Source: Eubacteriales bacterium (GTDB lineage: Bacteria; Bacillota; Clostridia; Oscillospirales; CAG-382). Taken from it: DNA of 64,000 nucleotides. A program made the translations under genes and the position numbers. This document shows, in pieces, positions 44,383 to 53,456 of the stretch. Position 1 is the stretch's first letter, and every line of letters begins with the position of its first letter. The notes beneath the pieces were generated by a model. It saw only the letters and a list, made by a program, of their open reading frames with translations, made no database searches and was not told the origin of the DNA. The stretch covers positions 2,281 to 66,280 of the forward strand of contig JAZSOO010000003.1 in the NCBI GenBank assembly GCA_045536935.1, written 5' to 3'.

Positions 44383-46785
44383 GTGGCACAAAAAAAGAAA
44401 AGCAGAGCCGTTAAAACCACACGTAAAAAGGCATCTGCTTCAAAGAGAAGTCAAAAAGAAATAAAGGTCGATCGCTCCGAGATTGTTCGTTTTGCGGTCG
44501 GCTTTCTCGCATTTTTTATAATACTCACGTTCTTCCCTGCGATAAACAGCGGTTGGTTCGGAGAAGCTATAACAAGGTTTCTTAAGGGACTTTTCGGTCC
44601 GATGTATTACGTCGTTCCCTTTTTGATGCTTATCGTTGATATAAGCTGGGGCCGTGACCGTGAGAGTAATTGCGCAAAAACCAAATATTTCTTATATGCT
44701 TTGGAATTTATATTCATTTCCCTCGTTGTTCAGGTTGCGGTCGCAGGCGGCGACGCTATGCCCATAACCTCGCTTTATTCGACGGGTATGAATTTTGAAA
44801 GCGCAGGACTTATAAGCGGTTCTTTGGCGATGATGTTTATATCCACCATCGGCGCAACTGCTTCTATGATCCTTGCAATTTTAGGCATCTTTATCGCAAC
44901 CGTATTGCTTTGCGGCGCAACGCCGAAGGATACGGTTATAGCTATTGTCGACTATTTTCGTAACAGCGCAGCACGTGCTCGGGCGGAAGAAGACGATACT
45001 ATCGACGAAGAAGACAATATCCCCGAAGTTCCCAAGAAAAAGGTTGAAAAAAAGCCCATACAGCCCGAAGAACTTCCCGAAGACCCTGCTGCCGCAGAAA
45101 ATACGGAACCGTTCGACGACGGCTTGTTCATAATTCCCGAATACAACGCAGAACCTCAAAAAGAGAATACTGCTGATATAAAAGAAGAACCTATCGAAGA
45201 AAAACTTTCTCCGCTTTCTCCGCTTTTGGAGGAAGATGACGAAGAACTTTGCCTTGAGCCTATTGAAGACACCCCCTACGTTATCCCGCCCATATCTCTC
45301 CTTACGGCAGACGAAGGCAACGTAGGCGGTCCGACGAAAGTCGACGTTGAGCGTACAAGCAGAAAGCTTGAAGAGGTTCTTGCAAGCTTTAACGTAAAGG
45401 CAAAGGTTATAAACTGCACCTACGGTCCCACGGTAACCCGTTATGAGGTCCAACCCGAAACTGGCGTGCGTGTTAAGGCTATCTCCAACCTTGCCGACGA
45501 TATTGCGCTTCACCTTGCCGCAACGGCAGTCCGTATTGAAAATATCCCCGGTAAAGCCGCTGTCGGTATTGAAATACCCAACCGCAACGTTTCTACGGTA
45601 AGACTCAGAGGTCTTATCGAAAACCCGATATTCAAGGAAAACAAGAGCCGTTTGTTTACTGCACTCGGCGAAGACGTTGCAGGCAACCCCGTATATCTCG
45701 ATATTGCAAAAATGCCCCACCTTCTCGTTGCAGGTGCGACGGGACAGGGTAAATCGGTTTGTATAAACTCGCTTATCATCTCGTTGCTGTATCGCAACCA
45801 CCCCAACGACGTCAAGCTTATACTTATCGACCCGAAAACCGTTGAATTTTCGGACTATAAGGATATACCCCACCTTCTCGTTCCCGTTATTAACGATCCG
45901 AAAAATGCGGCAGGTACGCTTAATTGGGCTTGCACCGAAATGGAAAACCGCTACCGTCTTATACAAGAGGTCGGCGCACGTGACCTTATGGGTTATAATT
46001 CCGCTGTCGCAGACGACCCCGAAAGAAAGCTCCTTCCCCAGATCGTAATTTTCATTGACGAATTTGCCGACCTTATGATGACTGCTCCCGACGACGTCGA
46101 GACCTCGGTCTGCCGTCTTGCACAGAAGGCACGTGCCGCAGGTATGCATCTTGTTATAGGTACACAGCGTCCCTCGGTCGACGTTATCACAGGTCTTATC
46201 AAAGCAAATATCCCCTCGAGAATCGCACTTACCACAACTTCGCAGGTCGACAGCCGTACTATCCTTGATATGACGGGTGCGGAAAAGCTTCTCGGTAAGG
46301 GTGATATGCTCTATAACCCCGTCGGTGCGATGAAGCCCTTGCGTGTTCAGGGCGCATTCGTTGACGGTAAGAGCGAGGTTGCCGCCGTTACCCAATTTAT
46401 CAGAGATGCGGCGCACGTTCAGTATGACGAATCTATTATGAAGCAGATCGAGCAGGAAGCAAAGCTCTGCGGTATGAAGGGCAAACGTGGTGCTGCCGCT
46501 GCTGCCGAAGGCGCCGATGACGGTGACGAAAAGATGGATCCGATGCTTATGGATGCGATCGAGGTTGCTATCGAATGCAATACCGTTTCGACCTCCTTGC
46601 TTCAACGCCGTCTGTCGCTCGGTTATGCCCGTGCTGCAAGAATTATTGATAAAATGGAACGCAAGGGCTATATCGGTGAATTTGATGCCGCAACCAAAAA
46701 ACGCAGTATACTTATAACCCGTGAACAGTTTGCCGAGCTTAAGCTTAACGGCGAACCCAAGAAGGAGGAAGAAGCCAATGCTTAA
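44383..46785 (+). CDS. ftsK: DNA translocase FtsK/SpoIIIE
   Basis: 800 aa. GTG start after AAAGGAG. N-terminal TM domain, acidic/proline linker, motor domain with Walker A GATGQGKS, and a C-terminal gamma winged-helix. Confidence 0.93.
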   Translation: MAQKKKSRAVKTTRKKASASKRSQKEIKVDRSEIVRFAVGFLAFFIILTFFPAINSGWFGEAITRFLKGLFGPMYYVVPFLMLIVDISWGRDRESNCAKTKYFLYALEFIFISLVVQVAVAGGDAMPITSLYSTGMNFESAGLISGSLAMMFISTIGATASMILAILGIFIATVLLCGATPKDTVIAIVDYFRNSAARARAEEDDTIDEEDNIPEVPKKKVEKKPIQPEELPEDPAAAENTEPFDDGLFIIPEYNAEPQKENTADIKEEPIEEKLSPLSPLLEEDDEELCLEPIEDTPYVIPPISLLTADEGNVGGPTKVDVERTSRKLEEVLASFNVKAKVINCTYGPTVTRYEVQPETGVRVKAISNLADDIALHLAATAVRIENIPGKAAVGIEIPNRNVSTVRLRGLIENPIFKENKSRLFTALGEDVAGNPVYLDIAKMPHLLVAGATGQGKSVCINSLIISLLYRNHPNDVKLILIDPKTVEFSDYKDIPHLLVPVINDPKNAAGTLNWACTEMENRYRLIQEVGARDLMGYNSAVADDPERKLLPQIVIFIDEFADLMMTAPDDVETSVCRLAQKARAAGMHLVIGTQRPSVDVITGLIKANIPSRIALTTTSQVDSRTILDMTGAEKLLGKGDMLYNPVGAMKPLRVQGAFVDGKSEVAAVTQFIRDAAHVQYDESIMKQIEQEAKLCGMKGKRGAAAAAEGADDGDEKMDPMLMDAIEVAIECNTVSTSLLQRRLSLGYARAARIIDKMERKGYIGEFDAATKKRSILITREQFAELKLNGEPKKEEEANA

Positions 46786-47200
46786 AAAGCTTTTGTGTAT
46801 CCTTCTTGTTGTTGCCTGCCTGCTTCCGCTTTCGGCTTGCTCAAGCGCAAACGAATACGAGCTCACCTTCAATTTTGACGAAAACGGTAAAAAGGAATAT
46901 ATTTTCTACACCGATGAATGTGTCGTCTACGTTGTAAGCGGTTTGATGATGTGTAGTGTTGACGGCAAATCGAAAATGCTTGAAATGGCATTGCACGACG
47001 GAGAGATCACCGTCGAGGCAATTCTCGAATCCGCTTCTGCCGATGCCGAAAACGAGGATATTAAGTTTACCGAATATCCCGACGGAAGCATTGAATACCA
47101 CTACGAAGGCTTCAACCTTGTAAAGCTTAACAGCCTCACGGGAAGCAAGGATTTATATTTCCTTCCCGACAGTATGAGCTATTACGATATACAAGAATAG
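46778..47200 (+). CDS. Small lipoprotein, function unknown
   Basis: Start at MLKKLLCILLVVACLLPLSAC|SS (ATG 46778, GGAGGAAG RBS). Overlaps the ftsK 3' end by 8 nt. Confidence 0.6.
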   Translation: MLKKLLCILLVVACLLPLSACSSANEYELTFNFDENGKKEYIFYTDECVVYVVSGLMMCSVDGKSKMLEMALHDGEITVEAILESASADAENEDIKFTEYPDGSIEYHYEGFNLVKLNSLTGSKDLYFLPDSMSYYDIQE

Positions 47201-47396
47201 TATTGTGCTTTCGCACAATACATCGATATAAATCCCTGACGGGATTTTCGAGATACGGCAAAGCCGTTCGATATGCAAAATGCTCGATATGCCCTGATGG
47301 GCAAGAAGGGATTTATATCATATCGAATCCGAGGTTAACGAGGATATATCGAATTTACGAAGTAAATATATCGATTTTGCAAAGCAAAAATATCGA
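47201..47396. repeat. Array of mini-hairpins separated by ATATCGA/TCGATAT motifs
   Basis: There are at least 8 copies of the 7-mer in both orientations. They are interleaved with short stems (tattgtgc..gcacaata, atccc..gggat, acggc..gccgt, gccc..gggc, tttac..gtaaa, ttttgc..gcaaaa). Confidence 0.75.
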
Positions 47397-47431
47397 CAAA
47401 AAACCCGAAGGAAATTTTCCTTCGGGTTTTG
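47397..47431. terminator. Bidirectional terminator between convergent genes
   Basis: AAAAAACCCGAAGGAAA-t-TTTCCTTCGGGTTTT. Confidence 0.8.
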
Positions 47432-47434
47432 TAT

Positions 47435-49789
47435 TTATCTTTTATCAATCGCCTGTGCATATTTAACCGATGCCATAGCGTCTGCGCCGTAGAAGTCTGC
47501 GCCCATAGCGTTGGCATATTCTTCGGTAAGCACCGCACCGCCGACCATAACCGTAATATCGGGAAGCTCGGCTTTAAGCATCTTCACCGTTTCGGTCATA
47601 GCGGGAACGGTCGTGGTCATCAATGCACTCAATCCGACAAGCCTTGCACCTGTTGATTTTGCTTCGGCAACGACCTTCTCGGGCGGAACGTCTTTGCCAA
47701 GGTCGATAACGTCAAAGCCGTAATTGGAAAGAAGCGTTGAAACGATATTCTTTCCGATATCGTGTATATCACCCTTGACCGTCGCCATGATGATCTTCAT
47801 ACCTTTTTCACGGCTGTTTTCGGAAAGAGCGTTGTTCACGGCATTGAAAGCCGATTTTGCCGCATCCGCACCGCCAAGCAGACGGGGAAGGAAAATCTGC
47901 TTTTTCTCATATCCGTCGCCAAGCGCATTAAGCGCAGGGATAAGGTCTTCTTCGATAATTTCAAGAGGTTTTTTCGTTTCGAGAAGTTTCTCTGCACATT
48001 CGAAAGCCTTCTTTGATAGTCCCGAAAATACGGCTTCGTAAAGGGTAATATCCTTATTTTCGGATATTACAGCCGTTTCCATTCCCGAACCTTCGGTATC
48101 GAAGGTGAAATCACGGCAGGGGTTTTCGTCGGCAAGCACGGTCTTTGCCGTTTCGGAGGCAGGGTTGATTATCGCCGCAGTCAAGCCTCTTGCCGACGCA
48201 GCAGAAAGGAAAGAAGCATTAATACGTTCTCTGTCGGGCATACCGTAGGAGATGTTTGAAACACCCAAAGCGGTTTTCAAGCCTCTGCTTGAGAGATTTT
48301 CAACACATTCAAGGGTCTTGTTTCCGCTTTCCTTGTCGGTTGCGACCGTCATCGTCAAGGCATCGAAAAGAAGTCTGTCCCTTGAAATACCCATTTCTTC
48401 GGCACGTTTGATTATTTTGTCGGCAATCTTCAATCTATCCTTCGGGCTGTCGGGAATACCGTTTTCGTCAAGAAGGAGAGCAACGCAATATGCGCCGTAC
48501 TTTTTAACTATCGGCAAAACGGTATTAAGACTTTCTTCCTTGCCGTTGACCGAGTTTATTATCGGAATACCGTTATATATCCTTGCAGAAGCAGATAATG
48601 CTTCGGGAGAAGCGGAATCGAGCTGTAAGGGGAGAGAGCTGACGCTTTGTACGGCAAGAACTGCGTTTTTCAAAACGGCAGGCTCGTCAATATTGGGGAT
48701 ACCAACATTAACGTCGAGAATATCCGCACCGCTGTTTTCCTGCGAAACAGCCTCTGTGCAAAGATAGTCCATATCGCCGTTTTTGAGTGCATCCTTAAGC
48801 TTTTGCTTGCCCGTCGGGTTGAGCCTTTCGCCCACAACGGCGGTCTTGTTTCCAAGACGGCAAACCTTTATACCCGAGCAAACTGCGTTTTTGTAATCGC
48901 CTTGTAGCTTTTTTATCTTTTTATCGGCAAGTGCTTTCGACACCTGTCTGATATATTCGGGAGAAGTACCGCAACAACCGCCAACGGCGGAAATGCCGGA
49001 CTCAGCAAGCGAAATTGCAAAATCATAGAACCTTTCGGGCTTAACGTCAAAATAGGTATTACCGTTTTCGTCAAGCTTGGGCAGACCTGCGTTTGCGTTG
49101 ACGATTATGGGAAGTCCCGAAATTGAAGCCAGCTTTTTTGCGATCGGCTCCATAGCATCGGGGCCAAGACCGCAGTTAACTCCGATAGCGTCAACGCCGA
49201 GAGAAGCAAGATAAACGGCAACCGTTTCTGCATCTGCGCCCGTAAGCGTGCGCATACCTTCATCAAAGGTAAGAGAGATCGCAACGGGCAGGCTTGAATT
49301 CTCTCTCGTTGCAATAAAAGCGGCTTTACATTCGTAAAGGTCGCTCATTGTTTCAAAAAAGATCAAATCCGCACCTGCGTCCTCGGCGGCTTTTACGGAA
49401 TCAGAAAAAGCATCGACCGCTTCTTCAAAATCCATATCGCCGATAGGGTGCATCAATCTTCCCGTAGGTCCGATGTCGGCGGCAACGAGAATCTCTCTGT
49501 CAGCCTCGCTTGCCGCTTTTTTCGCAAGCGAAACCGCACGGTAGACTTCGTCATAGCTGTCCATACCGAAGGGGGTCAGCTTTGTTTTATTAGAACTGAA
49601 GCTGTTCGACGAAATAACGTCTGCACCTGCCTTTATATAGGCACGGTGGACGTTGAGAACAGCTTCTTCGTTGGTTGTATTAAGTGTTTCGGGCAATTCG
49701 CCTGCCGTCAGCCCTGCATTTTGGAGCATTGTGCCCATTGCGCCGTCGAAAACGAGAGGCTTGCCCGAGAATTTATCGAAAATGCTCAT
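47435..49789 (-). CDS. metH: Methionine synthase, cobalamin-dependent, short form (Hcy-MT + pterin-binding + B12-binding domains)
   Basis: 784 aa. Hcy-binding GGCCGT, the pterin-binding barrel and the B12 motif DIHDIGKN..G (DxHxxG). No C-terminal reactivation domain is present. Confidence 0.88.
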   Translation of the reverse strand: MSIFDKFSGKPLVFDGAMGTMLQNAGLTAGELPETLNTTNEEAVLNVHRAYIKAGADVISSNSFSSNKTKLTPFGMDSYDEVYRAVSLAKKAASEADREILVAADIGPTGRLMHPIGDMDFEEAVDAFSDSVKAAEDAGADLIFFETMSDLYECKAAFIATRENSSLPVAISLTFDEGMRTLTGADAETVAVYLASLGVDAIGVNCGLGPDAMEPIAKKLASISGLPIIVNANAGLPKLDENGNTYFDVKPERFYDFAISLAESGISAVGGCCGTSPEYIRQVSKALADKKIKKLQGDYKNAVCSGIKVCRLGNKTAVVGERLNPTGKQKLKDALKNGDMDYLCTEAVSQENSGADILDVNVGIPNIDEPAVLKNAVLAVQSVSSLPLQLDSASPEALSASARIYNGIPIINSVNGKEESLNTVLPIVKKYGAYCVALLLDENGIPDSPKDRLKIADKIIKRAEEMGISRDRLLFDALTMTVATDKESGNKTLECVENLSSRGLKTALGVSNISYGMPDRERINASFLSAASARGLTAAIINPASETAKTVLADENPCRDFTFDTEGSGMETAVISENKDITLYEAVFSGLSKKAFECAEKLLETKKPLEIIEEDLIPALNALGDGYEKKQIFLPRLLGGADAAKSAFNAVNNALSENSREKGMKIIMATVKGDIHDIGKNIVSTLLSNYGFDVIDLGKDVPPEKVVAEAKSTGARLVGLSALMTTTVPAMTETVKMLKAELPDITVMVGGAVLTEEYANAMGADFYGADAMASVKYAQAIDKR

Positions 49790-50643
49790 TTACGTATCTC
49801 CGAAAGATTTTCCATAATTGCCTTTGCAATATCGGGTTTATTCATAGCGTAGATATGTATATTGTTAACACCGTTTGCGATAAGGTCAATGATCTGGTTC
49901 GTTGCAAACGCAATACCTGCCTGCTTCATCGCAAGGGGGTTATCACCGAAACGCTCGACCATCTCACGAAGGCTTCTCGGCACGCTTGTACCCGAAAGCG
50001 AAACGCTTCTTTGCAACTGTCTTGCGTTGGTTATCGGCATAATACCTGCAATAACGGGAATGTTAATACCTTTTCTCTGGAATTTGGAGAGGAAGGAATA
50101 CATAACCTCGTTATCAAAAAACATCTGCGTTGTGAAAAATTCGCAGCCGCTTTCAGCCTTTATCTTCAGATTATCTATATCTGCGGAAACGGTTGCAGAT
50201 TCGGGGTGTCCCTCGGGATAGCAAGCACCGCCGACGCAGAAATCGCCCTTGGATTTAATAGCCTTCGCAATATCGCTTGCGTGGGCATAAACCTTCTTCG
50301 GCTCTCTGCCTTGGGGCATATCGCCACGGAGTGCAAGTATGTTTTCAATACCGTTCGCTTTAAGCGTTTTCAGATATTCGTCAAGAGTTTCCTCGTCGGA
50401 AGAAACGCAGGTCACGTGTGCAAGAGAAGCAACACCGCAGTTTTCAACTTCCTCGGCAAGCTCTGTCGTGAACGATGCCGTCGTACCTGCCGCACCGTAG
50501 GTTACGCTTATAAAATCGGGAGAGAGCTTTGCAATCTCCGCAACGACCTGACGGCTTTGGTCAAGCTCTGTACCCAACTTCGGCGGGAAAATCTCGCAGG
50601 ATATCGTTATTTCTTTGTTTTTAAGTATTTCGGAGATCTTCAT
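49786..50643 (-). CDS. metF: Methylenetetrahydrofolate reductase
   Basis: Start at MKISEIL (ATG 50643, AGAGGGA RBS). SCEIFPPK, ISVTYGAAG and LRGD motifs. Its stop overlaps the metH ATG. Confidence 0.86.
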   Translation of the reverse strand: MKISEILKNKEITISCEIFPPKLGTELDQSRQVVAEIAKLSPDFISVTYGAAGTTASFTTELAEEVENCGVASLAHVTCVSSDEETLDEYLKTLKANGIENILALRGDMPQGREPKKVYAHASDIAKAIKSKGDFCVGGACYPEGHPESATVSADIDNLKIKAESGCEFFTTQMFFDNEVMYSFLSKFQRKGINIPVIAGIMPITNARQLQRSVSLSGTSVPRSLREMVERFGDNPLAMKQAGIAFATNQIIDLIANGVNNIHIYAMNKPDIAKAIMENLSEIRK

Positions 50644-50644
50644 T

Positions 50645-51370
50645 TTAATCCCTCTTAAAAATATAATATTCCTTTTCGGGCTCGGCGCAACCGTCAAAGC
50701 CCTTTCCGCCCGTTACAGAAACAAGGGAAAATCCCTTTGCGGCGGCAAGAATATCTTGTTTTTTGTGTAATTTTTGGATCTGTTGCTCGCAGGAACGGAA
50801 ATAGTCCCCGTTCTCAAGCTCGGAAAAGGTGTCGATCATAAATTCGCAGGTCTCGCTGTCTTCCAAGAAAACACTTCTCCATACCGTGAACGAATCGTCG
50901 AATTCATAAACGTAGCTCTGCCCGTCCATTATTTCCTTATAACGGTATTCGGTGTTCACGTCGAAGATGAACACACCGCCCGGCTCAAGATAGTTATGAA
51001 CGAGCGAAAAGACCTCTTCAAGGTCGCAACGTTCGGTAAGATAATTAAGACAGTCGAAAGACGAATAGACCGCCTGAACGGTTCCGTAAAGCTCAAATTC
51101 ACGCATATCCTGACACAGCAAAAGCGTGTTTTTGCCGTAGTTACGTTCACGGGCATGGTTCAGCATCTCCGGAGAGATGTCAAGCGCAACCATATCGTAA
51201 CCGTTATCGGCAAGGATAGCGCAAATACCGCCCGTACCGCAGCCAAGGTCGAGAACCTCTTTAACCTTTATATCCGCTTTTTGAAAGTCGGACATAAGCA
51301 TTTCCGCATAGGGCTTATACGCATTACCGTTTATGCGGTCGTAAATATCGGCAAGGGTAGTAAAGCTCAT
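50645..51370 (-). CDS. Class I SAM-dependent methyltransferase
   Basis: 241 aa. Motif I VLDLGCGTG. Overlaps the upstream yerC-like gene by 4 nt. Confidence 0.8.
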   Translation of the reverse strand: MSFTTLADIYDRINGNAYKPYAEMLMSDFQKADIKVKEVLDLGCGTGGICAILADNGYDMVALDISPEMLNHARERNYGKNTLLLCQDMREFELYGTVQAVYSSFDCLNYLTERCDLEEVFSLVHNYLEPGGVFIFDVNTEYRYKEIMDGQSYVYEFDDSFTVWRSVFLEDSETCEFMIDTFSELENGDYFRSCEQQIQKLHKKQDILAAAKGFSLVSVTGGKGFDGCAEPEKEYYIFKRD

Positions 51371-51654
51371 TCCGAAATTCTGTCGAGAACCATTGCATAT
51401 CCGTCGCTTCCGTAACGGAGAGCACGGTTGACACGGGTGATGGTAGCGGTGGAGAGATGGGTCTTTTCTGCAATATCGTTATAGGTGTTGCCGTCACGGA
51501 GCATTTCTGCAGCGGTGAGACGCTTGCTCATTTCGGTAATTTCGCTTATTGTGCAAAGGTCGCTCAAGAAACGGTATGCTTCGTCAACGTTTTTAACGCA
51601 AACTATCGCAGCAGCAAGCTTATCTGTGGTAGCATCCTTGATTTTTTCTAACAT
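51367..51654 (-). CDS. YerC/YecD-family (TrpR-like) DNA-binding protein
   Basis: 95 aa. C-terminal HTH IAEKTHLSTATITRVNRAL.YG is typical of YerC/YecD. Confidence 0.78.
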   Translation of the reverse strand: MLEKIKDATTDKLAAAIVCVKNVDEAYRFLSDLCTISEITEMSKRLTAAEMLRDGNTYNDIAEKTHLSTATITRVNRALRYGSDGYAMVLDRISE

Positions 51655-51714
51655 TTTAAGTTCCTCCTGAAAATTAATATAAAAATTTCATTTCATACAT
51701 TAACGTGTTAAATT

Positions 51715-51743
51715 ATTATACTATTAATTCCGCAACAATGCAA
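51715..51743 (-). promoter_or_regulatory. Putative sigma-A promoter of the yerC-MTase-metF-metH operon
   Basis: Minus strand TTGCAT-17 nt-TATAAT. The leader is about 55 nt, too short for an S-box or T-box. Confidence 0.55.
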
Positions 51744-51789
51744 TAGATTAATCGATTTTTTTATTAAAAATACAAAAATTTTATTGATA

Positions 51790-51818
51790 TTGACAAACGC
51801 TTTGCGATAGAATAAAAT
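51790..51818 (+). promoter_or_regulatory. Putative sigma-A promoter
   Basis: TTGACA-17 nt-TAAAAT upstream of the CBM9-like gene. Confidence 0.5.
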
Positions 51819-51848
51819 ATACCTATAAACCAAACGGAGGAATTGATT

Positions 51849-52445
51849 ATGGAATACGTTATCCGCGTTGAAAATGAAATTAACTTTGACCGTGCCGAAA
51901 AGGCTATGATCTCAAACTATAAATGGGTCGAGGGCTATGCACCCAAGGCTTTCGCAGAGCTTATCTACGTTGAAAACAAGGGATTTGCTCTTCGTATGAC
52001 CGCTTGTGAAGATAACCCCAAGGCAATCTACACCAAATATGACGAGCCCGTTTATAAGGACAGCTGTCTTGAATTTTTCGTCAGCTTCAATAAGGATAAC
52101 GGCAAATATATGAACTTTGAAATGAACGCAAACGGTGCTTTCCTTTCTGCCGTTCGTACCGACCGCAAGAACAAGACCGAGATCGACAAGCTTGCGCCCC
52201 TTCCCGAGGTTAAACCCTTCAAGGGTGAAGGATTCTGGGGTGTTGAAACCTTCTTCTCGCTCGACTTTATCGAAAAGACCTCGGGCAAAGCTTCTTTCGA
52301 AAGAGGAGAGAGCTTTAAGGGTAATTTCTATAAATGCGGTGACGAGACCGAAATACCCCATTTCGGTATGTGGTCGCCCGTCGGCACCGAAAACCCCGAT
52401 TTCCACCGTCCCGAATTCTTCGGAACTCTTACAATTGAAAAATAA
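51849..52445 (+). CDS. Cytoplasmic CBM9-like (carbohydrate-binding family 9-like) protein
   Basis: ATG at 51849, 8 nt after GGAGG. About 198 aa with no signal peptide. The motif pattern (CLEFF.S....Y.NFE.N..G, KCGD) resembles the CBM9-like family. Confidence 0.65.
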   Translation: MEYVIRVENEINFDRAEKAMISNYKWVEGYAPKAFAELIYVENKGFALRMTACEDNPKAIYTKYDEPVYKDSCLEFFVSFNKDNGKYMNFEMNANGAFLSAVRTDRKNKTEIDKLAPLPEVKPFKGEGFWGVETFFSLDFIEKTSGKASFERGESFKGNFYKCGDETEIPHFGMWSPVGTENPDFHRPEFFGTLTIEK

Positions 52446-52452
52446 CCATAAA

Positions 52453-52492
52453 ATTACCCCAAGAAGTCTAACGACTTCTCGGGTACCCCGAC
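52453..52492. repeat. Single copy (inverted) of the GAGAAGTC-gtta-GACTTCT hairpin module (locus 4)
   Basis: The reverse complement is nearly identical to 32431-32470, with three mismatches by eye. Confidence 0.85.
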
Positions 52493-52496
52493 AAAA

Positions 52497-52532
52497 AGAC
52501 CGATTTGATTTTTTAAGTCAAATCGGTTTTTT
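52497..52532 (+). terminator. Rho-independent terminator
   Basis: ACCGATTTGA-ttttttaag-TCAAATCGGT followed by TTTTTC. Confidence 0.75.
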
Positions 52533-52549
52533 CTTATAAATATTGTATT

Positions 52550-52843
52550 TTACTGTTCCATAGCTCTTCGTTTTATAATAACGTAGTCGACAACGGTGAT
52601 ATCACCGTTTCCGTCAACGTCGGCAAGTTTTTCTTTTGCAGCGGAGAACACGTAGGTTCCCATAACACGGCGCTTGACCATAATATAGTCCATCGTGTCA
52701 ACAACCCCGTTTTCGTTAACGTCGCCCGAGATTCCGTCGTGCAACGGGTCGTCGGGAAGTATGACCGGTGCGGCATAAACTGTGATTGAAAAAAGTGTTG
52801 ATAATATTAAGATTATTGCAATTAATATATTAATCCGTTTCAA
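52550..52843 (-). CDS. Secreted stand-alone dockerin mini-protein
   Basis: 97 aa. TTG start 5 nt after AAGGTGA. Signal peptide ..ITVYA|AP. The mature part is essentially one type-I dockerin (GDVNENGVVDTMDYIMVKRRVMG ... ADVDGNGDITVVDYVIIKRRAM). Confidence 0.75.
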   Translation of the reverse strand: MKRINILIAIILILSTLFSITVYAAPVILPDDPLHDGISGDVNENGVVDTMDYIMVKRRVMGTYVFSAAKEKLADVDGNGDITVVDYVIIKRRAMEQ

Positions 52844-52868
52844 AATATCACCTTAAATTGTTTTTTAT

Positions 52869-52897
52869 AGTATATTGCAATTTTCGGTGTTTGTCAA
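52869..52897 (-). promoter_or_regulatory. Putative sigma-A promoter of the dockerin gene
   Basis: Minus strand TTGACA-17 nt-TATACT. Confidence 0.55.
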
Positions 52898-52924
52898 GAA
52901 TTATGATAAAAACGAAAAAAGGTA

Positions 52925-52953
52925 TTGATTTTTGTGATTTGATATGATAGAAT
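52925..52953 (+). promoter_or_regulatory. Putative promoter of tRNA-Val
   Basis: TTGATT-17 nt-TAGAAT, ending about 20 nt before the tRNA 5' end. Confidence 0.5.
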
Positions 52954-52973
52954 AACCGAGCGCAATAAAATAT

Positions 52974-53050
52974 GTGGGTGTAGCTCAGTTGGTTAGAGCA
53001 CTTGCTTGACATGCAAGGGGTCGTTGGTTCAAGTCCATTCATCCACACCA
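52974..53050 (+). tRNA. tRNA-Val (anticodon GAC)
   Basis: Cloverleaf read by eye. Acceptor GTGGGTG/CATCCAC, D-arm TAGCTCAGTTGGTTAGAGCA, anticodon stem CTTGC-TTGACAT-GCAAG, T-arm GTTGGTTCAAGTCCATT, encoded CCA. Confidence 0.92.
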
Positions 53051-53083
53051 AAAAATCCAAGTCTTCGGACTTGGATTTTTTTA
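53051..53083 (+). terminator. Rho-independent terminator after tRNA-Val
   Basis: AAAAAATCCAAGTC-ttcg-GACTTGGATTTTTTT. Confidence 0.8.
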
Positions 53084-53084
53084 T

Positions 53085-53360
53085 CCATTGCAAAAGCAAT
53101 GGCATATCATCACGCGAAGCGTGTATATCATCAACAACGGCAACACCGTTGTTGTATCTCATCAGTCGTTCGCAGAACGACTGTATCAAATTTGGCTTTT
53201 GCAATGATGATATGCACGGCATAGCCGTGATGATATACAATTTCTGCGAAATTGATGATATACAATGGCTTCGCCATTGATTCCTACACAAAAAGGAACG
53301 CTTTGCTTCACGTTGCGCTTTGCACAATGCTTCATGCGAGCGTAAGCGAGTGCTTCATAT
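53085..53360. repeat. Array of mini-hairpins separated by TATCATCA / TGATGATA motifs, arranged as two inverted half-arrays
   Basis: Seven stems were read: ccattgc..gcaatgg, cacgc..gcgtg, caacaacgg..ccgttgttg, cagtcgttc..gaacgactg, cacggc..gccgtg, aatttc..gaaatt, caatggc..gccattg. The spacer motif flips orientation near 53195. Confidence 0.8.
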
Positions 53361-53388
53361 GTATATATTCCCAATCGCAACATTCCCG

Positions 53389-53417
53389 TTGACTTTTGGG
53401 TATGGAAGATTTATAAT
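53389..53417 (+). promoter_or_regulatory. Putative sigma-A promoter of the cohesin-protein gene
   Basis: TTGACT (53389-53394), 17 nt, TATAAT (53412-53417). Confidence 0.6.
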
Positions 53418-53456
53418 GAATCCGTTAGACCGAAATTATTGACTAAGGAGAAAATT

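Noticed and set aside
53085-53360. Possible CRISPR arrays: the hairpin arrays at 47201-47396 and 53085-53360, and the 56-bp repeat at 32768-32902.
   Set aside because: The repeats are 7-10 bp with 13-20-bp hairpin spacers, or only 2.4 copies of 56 bp with no unique spacers. No cas genes and no leader are present. The geometry is incompatible with CRISPR (repeats of 23-50 bp with unique spacers of similar size).
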